A stretch of DNA of 64,000 bases. It comes from an uncultured delta proteobacterium (lineage in GTDB: Bacteria > Desulfobacterota > Desulfobacteria > Desulfobacterales > SG8-13). Every line of letters starts with the position of its first letter. Positions within the stretch are counted from its first letter, which is position 1. The stretch spans positions 62,001-126,000 of the forward strand of contig CAWKCK010000003.1 in assembly GCA_963848135.1 (NCBI GenBank). Direction: 5' to 3'. The notes beneath the pieces are model-generated. The model saw nothing but the letters and a program-made list of their open reading frames with translations. It was not told the origin of the DNA and searched no databases. The translations under genes were made by a program, and so were the position numbers. Positions 20,274 to 30,573 of this stretch are shown here, piece by piece.

Positions 20274-23200
20274 GTGCCCGCCACGATAATTCTAGTGGAC
20301 GACCATCCCGTATTCCGCCAGGGGCTTCGCAACCTGATAGGCAAAGAAAAGGGCCTGATAGTTGTGGGCGAAGCCAACGACGGTCAAATGGCGATCGACC
20401 TGGTACGCCAAAAGTGTCCCGATCTTGCGGTTATGGACATCAATATGCCGCATCTTAACGGGATCGAGGCCACCCGGCAGATCATATCGGAGTGCTCCAC
20501 TACCCGCGTGTTGGCCCTGTCGGTGCATTCCGGCAAACAATTTGTCAGGGACATGATAGAGGCAGGCGCGTCGGGCTACATCCTCAAAGAGAGCATCCCG
20601 GAGGAGATGATTGAAGGCATCCGATCGGTGCTTGCCGGAAATATATATTTAAGCAAATCCATCTCCAGCAAACTGGTTTCAGACTACAAAGCGCTCCTTT
20701 CGGAATCCAGGCCCGAACCCGACGAACGGTCCACACAGATTTTGTACACCAAACTGCACCGACCGCCGATCGCTAACCATGTGATCCCCAGGACACGATT
20801 GATCGAGGTGTTGGCGAATGGTGCGGAAAGTCCTCTGACGTTGATTGTCGCTCCGGCCGGTTACGGCAAAAGCATTCTGGCCAGCCAGTGGCTGGATGTG
20901 GCGGCACTTACCGGTGCCTGGGTGTCGCTGGATAACGGCGACAACGATCTGCGTGTGTTTTTGAGCTATATCATTGAAGCCATCCAAAGCGTGGTTCCAC
21001 AGCAGGAGTTAAAGACGAGGTCATTCTTGGCGGCCCACAAATTGCCGTCCGTGAAGTTGATCAGCCAGCACCTGCTGAACGACCTGGAACAAATACCTGA
21101 CTCCTTTATCCTCGTTCTGGATGATTATCACCATATCCACACCGACTCGATACACGATTTTTTTTCGGAACTGCTGGTGCATCCATCGCCTCACATGCAC
21201 CTGGTGCTGATCACACGGCGGGATCCGCCCCTGCCTTTGACGTCTCTGCGCGCCCGGGGAATGTTGAATCTGATATCCACGAAAGACCTCCGCTTTACCG
21301 TTCAGGAAACAAAATCTTTTTTGGAGCGATTTTTACGCATCGCCATTGCGGACAATACCGCGCAAGTTTTAGAAGAAAAAATGGAAGGCTGGGTGACCGG
21401 TTTGCACCTGGCGGCCCTGTCCATCCGGAACGAAGCCGACCAGGAACGGTTGATCGTCGGGTTGCTGGAGACGAATCAGTACGTGCGAGAATACCTGATC
21501 CAAGAAGTCTTTTCTATTATTCCACCGAAGTTTCGTCGGTATTTCCTGCAAACCGCCATATTGAACCGTTTTTGTGCCCCTATTTGCGAGGCACTGTCCC
21601 TGGATGATTCGGAAGGGCAACAAATGGAAGCGGATGCCAGCGCCCGGGATTTCATCGACTGGCTGATCAAAACGCAAATGTTTGTCATTCCCCTGGATAA
21701 CAGCAACCGCTGGTTTCGTTACCACCACCTGTTTCGAGACCTCTTGCTTGACTTACTAAAACAAAGATACAGCGCTGAGGAAATCGCTGCACTCCAATTA
21801 CGGGCCAGCGAATGGTTTGCTAAGAACGGTCCCATCGAAGAGGCACTTCAGCATGCTATTTCCACTAATGATATACGATACGCTGTGAAGTTGGTAGAGC
21901 GGCAACGCCACAATCTGATGAATCGGGAGGAATGGAGCCGCCTGGAGCTCATGCTGAAAATGCTGCCCCCTGAAGCTCTAAAGAAAAATCCCTTACTGCT
22001 TGCCTCAAGAGCCTTCATCTTTGAACATCGTGGTCAAGTGGCTGAATCATTTGCGGATCGGGATCGGGCTGAGAGCTTACTGTCTGCACTTCAGCCCGAG
22101 TCGCCCGAGCAAAAAGAAGTCAAGGGAATGATCGCGGTACTGCATGGTGAGGAACGTATATTATTAGGAGAGGGGGATCGGGCATTGGAATGTGCAGAAC
22201 GGGCATTAAGATTATTGCCTGCAGAGGCTCTCCATATCCGGTCTTATGCTATTGCCGAAAAGGTCCTGTCCTATCAGATTGCTGGCGACATTGGCACCGG
22301 GCTCAAAATCATCAATGAAATATTAAATGCGCGTGCTTTGCTCCCCGGCATTACCCAAGCCAGAATGATGCTCTGGTTCTGTATTGCATATTGGATGGAA
22401 GGGGACCTGAATGGCTTGAAACAACCGGCATTACAGTGCCTGAAACTCGGTGAGCAACACGCGCTGCCGGAATCAATTTGTTTAGGGAGATACTTTCTCG
22501 GAGTCCTTCACTATGTCCGCAATGAGCTGTCCGAAGCCGAACGATATCTGGCAGCAGTAGTTGACGATCCTTTTACAGCCAGGCCACAGTACTTGGTGCA
22601 AAGTGCTTTTGCACTGGCGTGCATCTATACCCCTCATGGCCGCGACGATGAAGCCTCCAATGTTATCGAATCCGTGATCTCGCACGTCATGGAGACCAAT
22701 GACACGCTTGCATTGTCTGTAGCCCGCGCCTTCCAGGTGGAACTGGCCCTCAGACAAAGGAAAATCCCGGAAGCACATCGCCTGAATGAGCATGCAGCCT
22801 ATGATCCATATCCCCCAGTCTGGTTTTTCTACGTGCCCCAATTAACGCCGGTCAAGCTCCTGTTAGCCCAGAACACGTCGGACAGCCTGGAGAAGGCGTT
22901 TACTCTGCTCGATCAGATCGATGGATTTGTTAGGAAAACCAACCGCAAAACCATTCGGATTGATGTGCTGGCATTGCAGGCATTGATCCTCGATGCTCAA
23001 GGCAAGGAACCTGCTGCCATGGAAAGGCTCACCGAATCGCTGGTTCTGGCAAGGCCCGGTGGCTTCATCCGCAACTTTGTTGACATGGGCCCACCGATGG
23101 TCGACCTGCTCAAACGAATGCACAGGCAGAATGTCGCTGTTGACTATATAGAGAACCTCCTGGCCGCTTTTAATGATGATGAACAGGTTGTTGCACCGAA

Positions 23201-23429
23201 CGACCATCCTGTCGCATCTCCCTATCAACCTCTTACCGATCCCATGACCAATAGAGAGTTGGATGTCCTTGAATTGCTGGCGGAAAGATTGCAGAATAAA
23301 GAGATTGCCGACAAGCTTTATGTTTCGCCGGAAACCGTCAAAGGGCATTTAAAAAACATCTACCAGAAGCTCGGCGTCAGCAACCGGCGGCAAGCCGTGG
23401 AAAAGGCCAAGCGGTTGAATGTTATTTAA
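20274..23429 (+). CDS. MalT-like LuxR-family regulator (STAND NTPase + C-terminal LuxR HTH) with N-terminal NarL-type receiver domain
   Basis: VDDHPVFRQG..MDINMP..GASGYILK (REC); TKLHRPP, APAGYGKS, LVLDDYH, EGWVTGL, WFRYHHLF (MalT); MTNRELDVLELLA..NKEIADKLYVSPETVKGHLKNIYQKL; GTG start after AAGGAG. Confidence 0.93.
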   Translation: MPATIILVDDHPVFRQGLRNLIGKEKGLIVVGEANDGQMAIDLVRQKCPDLAVMDINMPHLNGIEATRQIISECSTTRVLALSVHSGKQFVRDMIEAGASGYILKESIPEEMIEGIRSVLAGNIYLSKSISSKLVSDYKALLSESRPEPDERSTQILYTKLHRPPIANHVIPRTRLIEVLANGAESPLTLIVAPAGYGKSILASQWLDVAALTGAWVSLDNGDNDLRVFLSYIIEAIQSVVPQQELKTRSFLAAHKLPSVKLISQHLLNDLEQIPDSFILVLDDYHHIHTDSIHDFFSELLVHPSPHMHLVLITRRDPPLPLTSLRARGMLNLISTKDLRFTVQETKSFLERFLRIAIADNTAQVLEEKMEGWVTGLHLAALSIRNEADQERLIVGLLETNQYVREYLIQEVFSIIPPKFRRYFLQTAILNRFCAPICEALSLDDSEGQQMEADASARDFIDWLIKTQMFVIPLDNSNRWFRYHHLFRDLLLDLLKQRYSAEEIAALQLRASEWFAKNGPIEEALQHAISTNDIRYAVKLVERQRHNLMNREEWSRLELMLKMLPPEALKKNPLLLASRAFIFEHRGQVAESFADRDRAESLLSALQPESPEQKEVKGMIAVLHGEERILLGEGDRALECAERALRLLPAEALHIRSYAIAEKVLSYQIAGDIGTGLKIINEILNARALLPGITQARMMLWFCIAYWMEGDLNGLKQPALQCLKLGEQHALPESICLGRYFLGVLHYVRNELSEAERYLAAVVDDPFTARPQYLVQSAFALACIYTPHGRDDEASNVIESVISHVMETNDTLALSVARAFQVELALRQRKIPEAHRLNEHAAYDPYPPVWFFYVPQLTPVKLLLAQNTSDSLEKAFTLLDQIDGFVRKTNRKTIRIDVLALQALILDAQGKEPAAMERLTESLVLARPGGFIRNFVDMGPPMVDLLKRMHRQNVAVDYIENLLAAFNDDEQVVAPNDHPVASPYQPLTDPMTNRELDVLELLAERLQNKEIADKLYVSPETVKGHLKNIYQKLGVSNRRQAVEKAKRLNVI

Positions 23430-23560
23430 TTCTTCCTCCCACCACACAAATATTCCGAAACCGTTAAATTATCTCACTTTCTGATCCCCGAAATTTAATT
23501 CTTGAAGTTCTATTTACCCTTCGTTCGACTGTGAACGTTCGATCCTCATTGTTGTTTGTT

Positions 23561-23626
23561 CACCCACCCCCCATCCCCCCCATTTTCAACCCTTTTCGGG
23601 GGTCGCTCACACCTATTGATTAAACT
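23561..23626 (+). promoter_or_regulatory. putative activator boxes and -10 element for the downstream operon
   Basis: C-rich boxes CACCCACCCC / ATCCCCCCC / CAACCCTT, an inverted GGGGGTCG, then TAAACT at 23621. Confidence 0.4.
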
Positions 23627-23690
23627 AAAGTCAACATCAATGGATTAGTCGGCTCAATTAAAACCCTGTCAGCAACAGAGATGGTGACTC

Positions 23691-23960
23691 ATGGCTAATA
23701 CGCCACAAACGGGGACACTTCAGTTTGAGAAATCAGGTAAATATCGCATTGAAGTCATAGGGTATTTGGATGATCACTGGTCAGACCGCTTGGCGGGCAT
23801 GCAGATCTCCACTTCCAGTTCGGCAAATGAGTCCACCGTGACGACGCTCATCGGCCATCTGCGTGACCAGGCTCAGCTCAGCGGGGTCTTGAACTCCCTG
23901 TACGATCTCCACCTGCCGCTCCTGCTAGTGGAATTCCTCGAGAAGAATAATGGTGTCTGA
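23691..23960 (+). CDS. small conserved protein typically found beside MalT-like regulators
   Basis: YRIEVIGYLDDHWSDRLAGMQI..TTLIGHLRDQAQLSGVLNSLYDLHLPLLLVE (Y.I.V.G.L...WS / DQA.L.G.L pattern). Confidence 0.8.
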   Translation: MANTPQTGTLQFEKSGKYRIEVIGYLDDHWSDRLAGMQISTSSSANESTVTTLIGHLRDQAQLSGVLNSLYDLHLPLLLVEFLEKNNGV

Positions 23961-24045
23961 GGCCCGCAGGATTCGCTTGAATCATCTTCGTCAAAAACCG
24001 GAGAGCAAACACCGGGAAAGGTTTGCCATAAAGGAGGCGATACAA

Positions 24046-24867
24046 TTGAAGATTCCTATAATCACTGCCCTTGCATTGGCCACGCTAATATGGCTCGGTA
24101 GCACTGTGTTCCCTAACAACCTGCGGGCGGAAGGGAAAAGCACAGAGGACCTGGCCAAGGCCGCTCAGAACCCGGTGGCCGATTTGATCAGCCTGCCGCT
24201 TCAGAACAACACCAACTTCGGTGTCGGGCCGGGCAATGACGTTCAGAACGTGCTCAACATCCAGCCGGTGATTCCTTTCAAACTGGGCGCGAACTGGAAC
24301 CTGATCACCCGCACCATCGCACCGCTGATCTACCAGCCGGAACTCGTGCCGGGAGCCGGCAGCACGTTCGGTCTAGGAGATATCAACACGACCCTGTTTT
24401 TGTCACCCGCCAAGCCGGGCAAATTCGTCTGGGGGGCGGGTCCGGTGTTCTCCTTTCCCACCGCCACCGACGACGTGCTGGGCACCGACAAGTGGAGCGC
24501 CGGTCCCTCGGCCGTGGTGCTGAAGATTCAGGGCCCCTGGGTGGTCGGCGGCCTGGCCAGCAACCTGTGGTCCTTTGCCGGTGACAGCGACCGGGCGGAC
24601 GTCAACCAGTTCCTGTTTCAGTATTTCATCAACTACAACATGGCCGACGGCTGGTACCTTTCGTCGGCGCCGATCATCACCGCCAACTGGGAGGCGGACA
24701 GCGGCAATAAATGGACCATCCCCTTCGGCGGCGGTGCGGGGAAGATCTTCAAGATCGGCAAACAGGCTATGAACGCACAGGTGCAGGCCTTTTACAACGC
24801 GGCCAAGCCGGACGACGGTCCCGACTGGACCCTGCGGTTGCAATTGCAGTTTCTGTTTCCGAAGTGA
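24046..24867 (+). CDS. putative outer-membrane beta-barrel channel (often annotated 'neuromedin U' / transporter)
   Basis: Signal peptide; AQNPVADLISLPLQNN, NIQPVIPF, GLGDIN, C-terminal LQFLFPK; TTG start after AAGGAGG. Confidence 0.8.
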   Translation: MKIPIITALALATLIWLGSTVFPNNLRAEGKSTEDLAKAAQNPVADLISLPLQNNTNFGVGPGNDVQNVLNIQPVIPFKLGANWNLITRTIAPLIYQPELVPGAGSTFGLGDINTTLFLSPAKPGKFVWGAGPVFSFPTATDDVLGTDKWSAGPSAVVLKIQGPWVVGGLASNLWSFAGDSDRADVNQFLFQYFINYNMADGWYLSSAPIITANWEADSGNKWTIPFGGGAGKIFKIGKQAMNAQVQAFYNAAKPDDGPDWTLRLQLQFLFPK

Positions 24868-24884
24868 GGAACGAGTGCAGATAC

Positions 24885-25034
24885 AAGGTTCAGAGGTTCA
24901 GGGTTCAAAGGTTAATATTAAGGATTCTGTCCCTCAAACCAGAACCCGGAACCCTGTATGGTGAAACCGAAACTTGAAACCTCATCAGGCTTCTATCCTT
25001 CAACTCTGAACCCTGAACACTGAACGCAGAACCT
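24885..25034. repeat. intergenic heptamer inverted-repeat element (GGTTCAG)n ... (TGAACCC)n
   Basis: AAGGTTCAGAGGTTCAGGGTTCAAAGG ... CTGAACCCTGAACACTGAACGCAGAACCT, ending just before the RBS. Confidence 0.85.
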
Positions 25035-25057
25035 AACATTAAAAGGAGAGAATTAAA

Positions 25058-25588
25058 ATGAAAGCGATTCGGAACTCGGCGGAAAAATCGCCTCTGTCCA
25101 TAACTCTTTATGCGAGGCTTTGCCTGGTTTTTGCCTGCCTGTTACTTATCGGCTCGCTGGCCATGGGAAGCAGTGCCTATGCCGGGCCGATTGTCTATCC
25201 GGCCAAGGGACAGAGCCAGGATCAGCAAAATAAAGATCAGTGGGAATGTCACCAGTGGGCCGTGAAGCAGACCGGTGTTGACCCGCAGAATCTGGCCGCA
25301 CAGACCAGCTCCGGAGAAGTCTATCAGAGGCACCACAGTGCTCTGGGCGGCGCTGCCAGAGGGTCACTGCTTGGGGTTGTGGGCGGTGCCATCGCCGGAG
25401 ATGCGGGAAAAGGAGCCGCCATCGGCGCCGGCGTGGGTGCCGTGGCCGGTCGGATGCGGGCGCGCCAGGATGTGGAAATGACGCAACAGGTGAATGCCAA
25501 CGCGGCTGCTGAGCAACAGGCTCAATTACACGAGTATGATCGCGCATATGGAGCTTGTCTGGAGGGACGGGGCTATACCGTCAAGTAA
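25058..25588 (+). CDS. glycine-zipper domain exported protein
   Basis: YPAKGQSQDQQNKDQWECHQWA; GGAARG..GAIAGDAGKGAAIGAGVG; YDRAYGACLEGRGYTVK. Confidence 0.85.
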   Translation: MKAIRNSAEKSPLSITLYARLCLVFACLLLIGSLAMGSSAYAGPIVYPAKGQSQDQQNKDQWECHQWAVKQTGVDPQNLAAQTSSGEVYQRHHSALGGAARGSLLGVVGGAIAGDAGKGAAIGAGVGAVAGRMRARQDVEMTQQVNANAAAEQQAQLHEYDRAYGACLEGRGYTVK

Positions 25589-25648
25589 CGAAATACGGCG
25601 TTTAATCACCGGAGGAATAAGAAAAGTTTTTTTCACGTTTTTGTTCCT

Positions 25649-25676
25649 TGAACCCGGAACATTGAACCCAGAACCA
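25649..25676 (+). repeat. heptamer repeat arm (TGAACCC-type x4)
   Basis: TGAACCC GGAACAT TGAACCC AGAACCA just upstream of the RBS. Confidence 0.75.
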
Positions 25677-25696
25677 TAAAATAAAAGGAAACAGAT

Positions 25697-27206
25697 GTGA
25701 AAACGAAATCACTATTTGTTATTGCTGCGGCGGGACTCTTGGCTGGGTGGGCCTTGTTTGGCTTAGCACCACAGGTCAGTGCATCCGAAAATAACGTAAC
25801 CGTTCAAGAAAGCTATCTGGGTAGACTTGAATACCAGGGCCAGTCAATTACCAAAAAGACAGCAGAACTTTTACACCGACAGATTCTTTTGCAGCGCGCC
25901 ACCCAGCTGGTATCGTGGGCGATGCCGATGATGAATTTCGAGCAGCTATATCCGGCGCTTCATGCCAACCTGAAAACCTCTAACGCCATGGATGTCTCGG
26001 AGGAGGATATCTTCTTTGGCCTGTATGACGGATATGACGGCGTTTATCCGTTCATGACAGCTAACGTTACGACACCATACACCATCGGGTTCTCGGATTT
26101 GTCGCAAACCGGACCAATTGTGGTCGATCTGCCTCCCGGTGCGATCTACGGCGTGGTGGACAACGCGTGGATGCAGCCCATTCACGAGATCGACGGCAAG
26201 CCGGGGAAACTATTGCTGGTGGGGCCGGGACAAAAATATCCCAAGGATTTCGACGGCAAAATTATCCAGTCCGACACGTTCCGGGTGTTCTACTTCTACC
26301 GCGCACTTGGCACCGGCGATGAGGCCAAAAAGCTAAGGACCGCAGTTCAGGCCTACAAGCTGTCGGACGCTGCCAAGCCACCGAAAACCAAATTCGTCAA
26401 ATATGAGCCGAAGCCGGGCGACAAGATCGCGCTCAATACCCAGCCGCGCGACATGCAGTTCTGGGAACTGGTGAACATCTATGTTCAGCGTGAACCCATG
26501 GCTGACCGTGATCGGTTCTTCTATGCGTGGCTGAAAGACTTGGGCATCGAAAAAGGTAAGCCGTTCAAGCCAACCGACCATCAAAAAGAAATATTGCAAG
26601 CGGGTTTGGACGTGGGCATGGCCATGTCCCAGGCCATCTCTTTCAATAAAACCCGCAATATGTTCCCAACGTCTCTCTATGGAAAGGATTCCGGATTTGA
26701 AGATGCCATGGCAGGGATGAACCCGAAAATTGATCTTGAAACCTACTCTATGTTCAACGAGCGGGCATCCTACGGTTTTGAAGCGACCACCACGTCGGCC
26801 GGTATGGTGTCGCGTGTTCCCGGCAAAGGGTCTGCTTATCTGGGCAGCTTATTACGATGCCGACGGTAATGCGCTCATGGGCGGCAACAACTACAAGCTC
26901 CACCTGGAGCCCAACCCGCCGGCGGCCAACTTCTGGTCCATCACAGTCTATGACATCGAGAACCGCCTGATTATCCGAAATAAAATCAAACGGTCTGACC
27001 GTTCATCCCGTACAAAAGGGCTGATCAAGAACGCCGACGGCTCGGTTGACATGTACTTCGGGCCAAAGGCGCCTGAAGGCAAAGAGGTGAACTGGATTCA
27101 GACCAATGAAGGCCAGTCTTTCTTTGTCTATCTGAGACTGTACGGCCCCGAGAAGGCCTATTTTGACCAGACCTTCCCTATGAATAAGATAGAGAAAATC
27201 AAATAA
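25697..27206 (+). CDS. DUF1254/DUF1214 periplasmic protein, copy 1 (frameshift ~26845)
   Basis: Signal peptide; TANVTTPY..DLSQTGPIVVDLPP; LGIEKGKPFKP; joins ORF 26730..27206 (NFWSITVYD, NADGSVDMYFGPKAPEG..NWIQT, LRLYGP). Confidence 0.88.
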
Positions 27207-27218
27207 AGGAGGGTCTAA

Positions 27219-28779
27219 ATGAAAACAAAGCAATTATTCACCCTGGCTTTGGTCGGGATCATGTCCACCTGCCTGGCGACAGTCTCCTGGGCTGCATCGT
27301 CTCAGGTGAAAATGATCACCCAAAAACCTGAAATGAAAATGACCACGCCGATTCCGGAGAACATCACCACGCCGGCTAAAGTCGAGACACCGATCGGCAC
27401 CCTGGAGTTCTTCGACGGTATCCCCATCGGCAACACCAAAGATGTCGTCTATGACTATATGGACCGGGCGCGGGCCGTGCAGGTTTTCGTCGACACGATC
27501 CCGGCGGTGTCCACCTACAGTCTGCGTCAGGGCAGCCTGGACATGGGAGCAGGCAACAGCAACCAGATCCTGATCTGGGAGCAGCTGGGGGACTCCAAAT
27601 CTCTGGTGCTGACCTATAACAACACCTCGCTCTACACCTGGGGTTTTCTGGATCTGGAGAAAGACGGCCCCACCGTGGTTGAGGTCCCGCCGGATGTGTT
27701 GGGTGTATTCGATGATGGTTACATGCGCTACCTGAGCGACTTCGGCGCGGCGGGTCCGGACAAGGGCAAGGGCGGCAAGTATCTGGTCCTGCCGCCGGGC
27801 TACAAGGGCGAGATACCGTACGGGTTACTTCGTCGTCAAGTCCACCAGCAACGTGGTCTGGAACTTCATGCGCGGCTATGTGCGGGGCAGTGTGCAGGAC
27901 CCCGCCAATGTCAAGAAGTCCGCCGACAATATCGTGAACCATCTCAGGGTCTATCCGCTGGCGAAGAAGGACAATCCGCCGAAGACCGAGTTCATCAATA
28001 TGACCGGGAAGTACTACAACACGATCCCGCCGAACGACTTCAGTTACTTCGAACGACTCAACGAGATCGTCCAGAAAGAGCCGATCAGTTTCATCGAGCC
28101 TGAAACCCGCGGCCTGATTGCCGCCATCGGCATCGTCAAGGGTAAGCCCTTCAATCCGGATGCGCGGATGAAGAAACTGCTCAGCGAAGCCGTAGCCATC
28201 GGCAATGCCTATGCCAGGGCTAATACCGTGTTCCCGCGTGATCCCGGGCAGCGTATCTACGGCCCGGACAGCGAGTGGGTCATGGCCTTCCCGGAAAGGA
28301 ATGCCTTCTTCCTGAAAGACGGCGCCCGCCGCTACGATGCGCGCCTGTGGATGCACTACAACGCCGTGGTCGTCACACCCGCCATGGCCGGTATCAAACC
28401 AGGTATTGGTTCTGATTACGGTATCGCCGGAATGGATTCGAAACACCAGCCGCTGGACGGTGCAAAGACCTACAAGTTGCACCTGCCGCCCAATATCCCG
28501 GTAAAGGACAACTGGTCGGTGACCATCTACGACACCCAGACCCGTTCCATGATGCAGACCGATCAGGCATCCGCCGGTATCAATAGCCTGGGCGAGGGCA
28601 TCAAGAAAAATGCCGACGGCTCTATCGACATCTACTTCTCCCCCAAAGCGGAGAAAGGTAAGAACTGGATCCAGACCATTCCCGGCAAGAGCTGGTTCAT
28701 CATCCTGCGGATGTACGGCCCACTGGAACCATGGCTGGACAAGACCTGGAGGCCGAGTGAGCTCGAGTTGGTGGAGTGA
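27219..28779 (+). CDS. DUF1254/DUF1214 periplasmic protein, copy 2 (frameshift ~27820)
   Basis: LTYNNTSLY, GPDKGKGGKYLVLPPGYKG; continues in ORF 27853..28779 (NWSVTIYDTQTRS, NWIQTIPGKSWF). Confidence 0.88.
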
Positions 28780-28800
28780 GAAATGGGGTTAAAAATGAAA

Positions 28801-28930
28801 TGGAGTACTGGAGTTATGGAGTAATGTGAAAAAAGAAGACATGGAACGTTCGGTATTGGTCGTTCTTACCCCATACTCCAACACTCCACTACTCCATCAA
28901 GTTTGAACCCTGAACCCTGAACCGTGAACC
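28801..28930. repeat. empty TGGAGT/ACTCCA inverted-repeat element followed by TGAACCC x4
   Basis: TGGAGTACTGGAGTTATGGAGTAA..CATACTCCAACACTCCACTACTCCATC, then TGAACCCTGAACCCTGAACCGTGAACC. Confidence 0.88.
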
Positions 28931-28951
28931 ATACGCAGAAAGAGAACTAAA

Positions 28952-30469
28952 ATGAAGACAAAAAGCTTATCACTGGCTCTGGCCGTATTGCTCGCCACCT
29001 GCCTGGCAACTATAGCCTGGGCTGCACCGCCCAAAATGAAAATGACCACCGACATCCCGGCGGGAATCGCAACACCGGATAAACTGGAGACGCGGCTCGG
29101 CACGCTGACTTCGTTCGACGGAGTGCCGGATGCGGCAACGGCCCAGAAGGTCTACGACAACCTCGACTTTCAGCGGGCCACCCAGGCGTATCTGAATAGC
29201 ATTCAGATCGCCTCCATGAATGGCATGCGCGAAGGAATTCTCAAATGGGGGCCCGCCAACTACACCGCGCTGCTCTTCGAAGACCTCATGGATTCGAAAA
29301 CGCTGTTCCTGACACCGAATACCACCTCGATTTACCAACTGTTGTGGCTCGATCTGTCGGAAGGACCGATGGTCATCGAGACGCCTCCCAACGTGATCGG
29401 CCTCGTTGATGACGCCTGGTTCCACTATGTGTGTGACTTCGGCCAGGTCGGCCCGGACAAGAACAAGGGCGGCAAGTTCCTGTTCCTGCCCCCCGGCTAC
29501 AAAGGCGACGTGCCGGACGGCTATTTCGTGCAGAAGCCGCAGACCTTCGGCAACTGGGTGATCTGGCGCGGCTCCCAAGTCGATGGCAGCACCGCTCCGG
29601 CCATCAATGCCACCAAGGAGAAGCTGCGTGTCTACCCGCTGGCGAAGAAGGACAACCCGCCGAAGATGACCTTCATCAATGTCTCGGGTAAGCCCTTCAA
29701 CACCATCCATGCGATGGACGCGCACATCTTCGATGAGATCAACAGCGTCGTTCAGCGCGAGCCCGGCGATGGGCAGGATCCGGAGATTCTCGGCCAATTG
29801 GCATTCATCGGCATCAAGAAGGGACAGCCCTTCAAACCCGACGCACGGATGAAGAAAATTCTCGAAGATGCCGCCAATGTAGCTGCGGTGACGGTGCGCG
29901 CCCTGGCTTCACGCCCGCGTGACAAGGAGTTCTATTACTACCCGGGTGAGGGAGTGTGGACCACGCCCTTTATCGGTGGCAGTTATCTGTTCCTCGACAA
30001 GAACAACGCCCGTTACCTCGATGCACGCGCCTACTTCCACTTCTACGCGACGGGGATTACCCCTGCAATGACTCAGGCACCGTACGGCAAAGGTTCGGTG
30101 TATGCCGTGGCCTATATGGATCATACGGGTAACCCGCTCGTTGGTGACAAGACTTACAAGGTGCATGTGGCGCCGAATGTGCCGATGGAATCCTTCTGGT
30201 CGTTTACGTTGTATGACAACCAGACCCGCTCGGAACTGCAGACGGATCAGCAGTTCCCTGGTATCGACAGCAACAAAAAGGATCTGGTGAAGAATGCCGA
30301 TGGTTCCTATGACATCTACTTCGGTTTCAAAGCGCCTAAAGGCAAGGAGGCCAACTGGCTCCAAACCGTTCCCGGTAAAGGCTGGAACATGCTGTGGCGT
30401 ATCTATGGTCCGAACAAGGCCTGGTATGACAGGAGCTGGAAGATTGGTGATCCTGAGATGGTGAAGTAA
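28952..30469 (+). CDS. DUF1254/DUF1214 periplasmic protein, copy 3 (intact)
   Basis: 505 aa; signal peptide; LTPNTTSIY, GPDKNKGGKFLFLPPGY, FWSFTLYDNQTRS, NWLQTVPGKGW. Confidence 0.92.
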   Translation: MKTKSLSLALAVLLATCLATIAWAAPPKMKMTTDIPAGIATPDKLETRLGTLTSFDGVPDAATAQKVYDNLDFQRATQAYLNSIQIASMNGMREGILKWGPANYTALLFEDLMDSKTLFLTPNTTSIYQLLWLDLSEGPMVIETPPNVIGLVDDAWFHYVCDFGQVGPDKNKGGKFLFLPPGYKGDVPDGYFVQKPQTFGNWVIWRGSQVDGSTAPAINATKEKLRVYPLAKKDNPPKMTFINVSGKPFNTIHAMDAHIFDEINSVVQREPGDGQDPEILGQLAFIGIKKGQPFKPDARMKKILEDAANVAAVTVRALASRPRDKEFYYYPGEGVWTTPFIGGSYLFLDKNNARYLDARAYFHFYATGITPAMTQAPYGKGSVYAVAYMDHTGNPLVGDKTYKVHVAPNVPMESFWSFTLYDNQTRSELQTDQQFPGIDSNKKDLVKNADGSYDIYFGFKAPKGKEANWLQTVPGKGWNMLWRIYGPNKAWYDRSWKIGDPEMVK

Positions 30470-30481
30470 AGAGAAAAAGAC

Positions 30482-30546
30482 ATGGAGTGATGGAGTAAAG
30501 AAGTAATGGGTTTAAAAGATTCGTTTTTCCAATACTCCAATACTCT
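30482..30546. repeat. empty TGGAGT/ACTCCA inverted-repeat element
   Basis: ATGGAGTGATGGAGTAAAGAAGTAATGG..TTCCAATACTCCAATACTCT. Confidence 0.8.
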
Positions 30547-30573
30547 AAACCTAAATAATTAGGAATATGCAAA

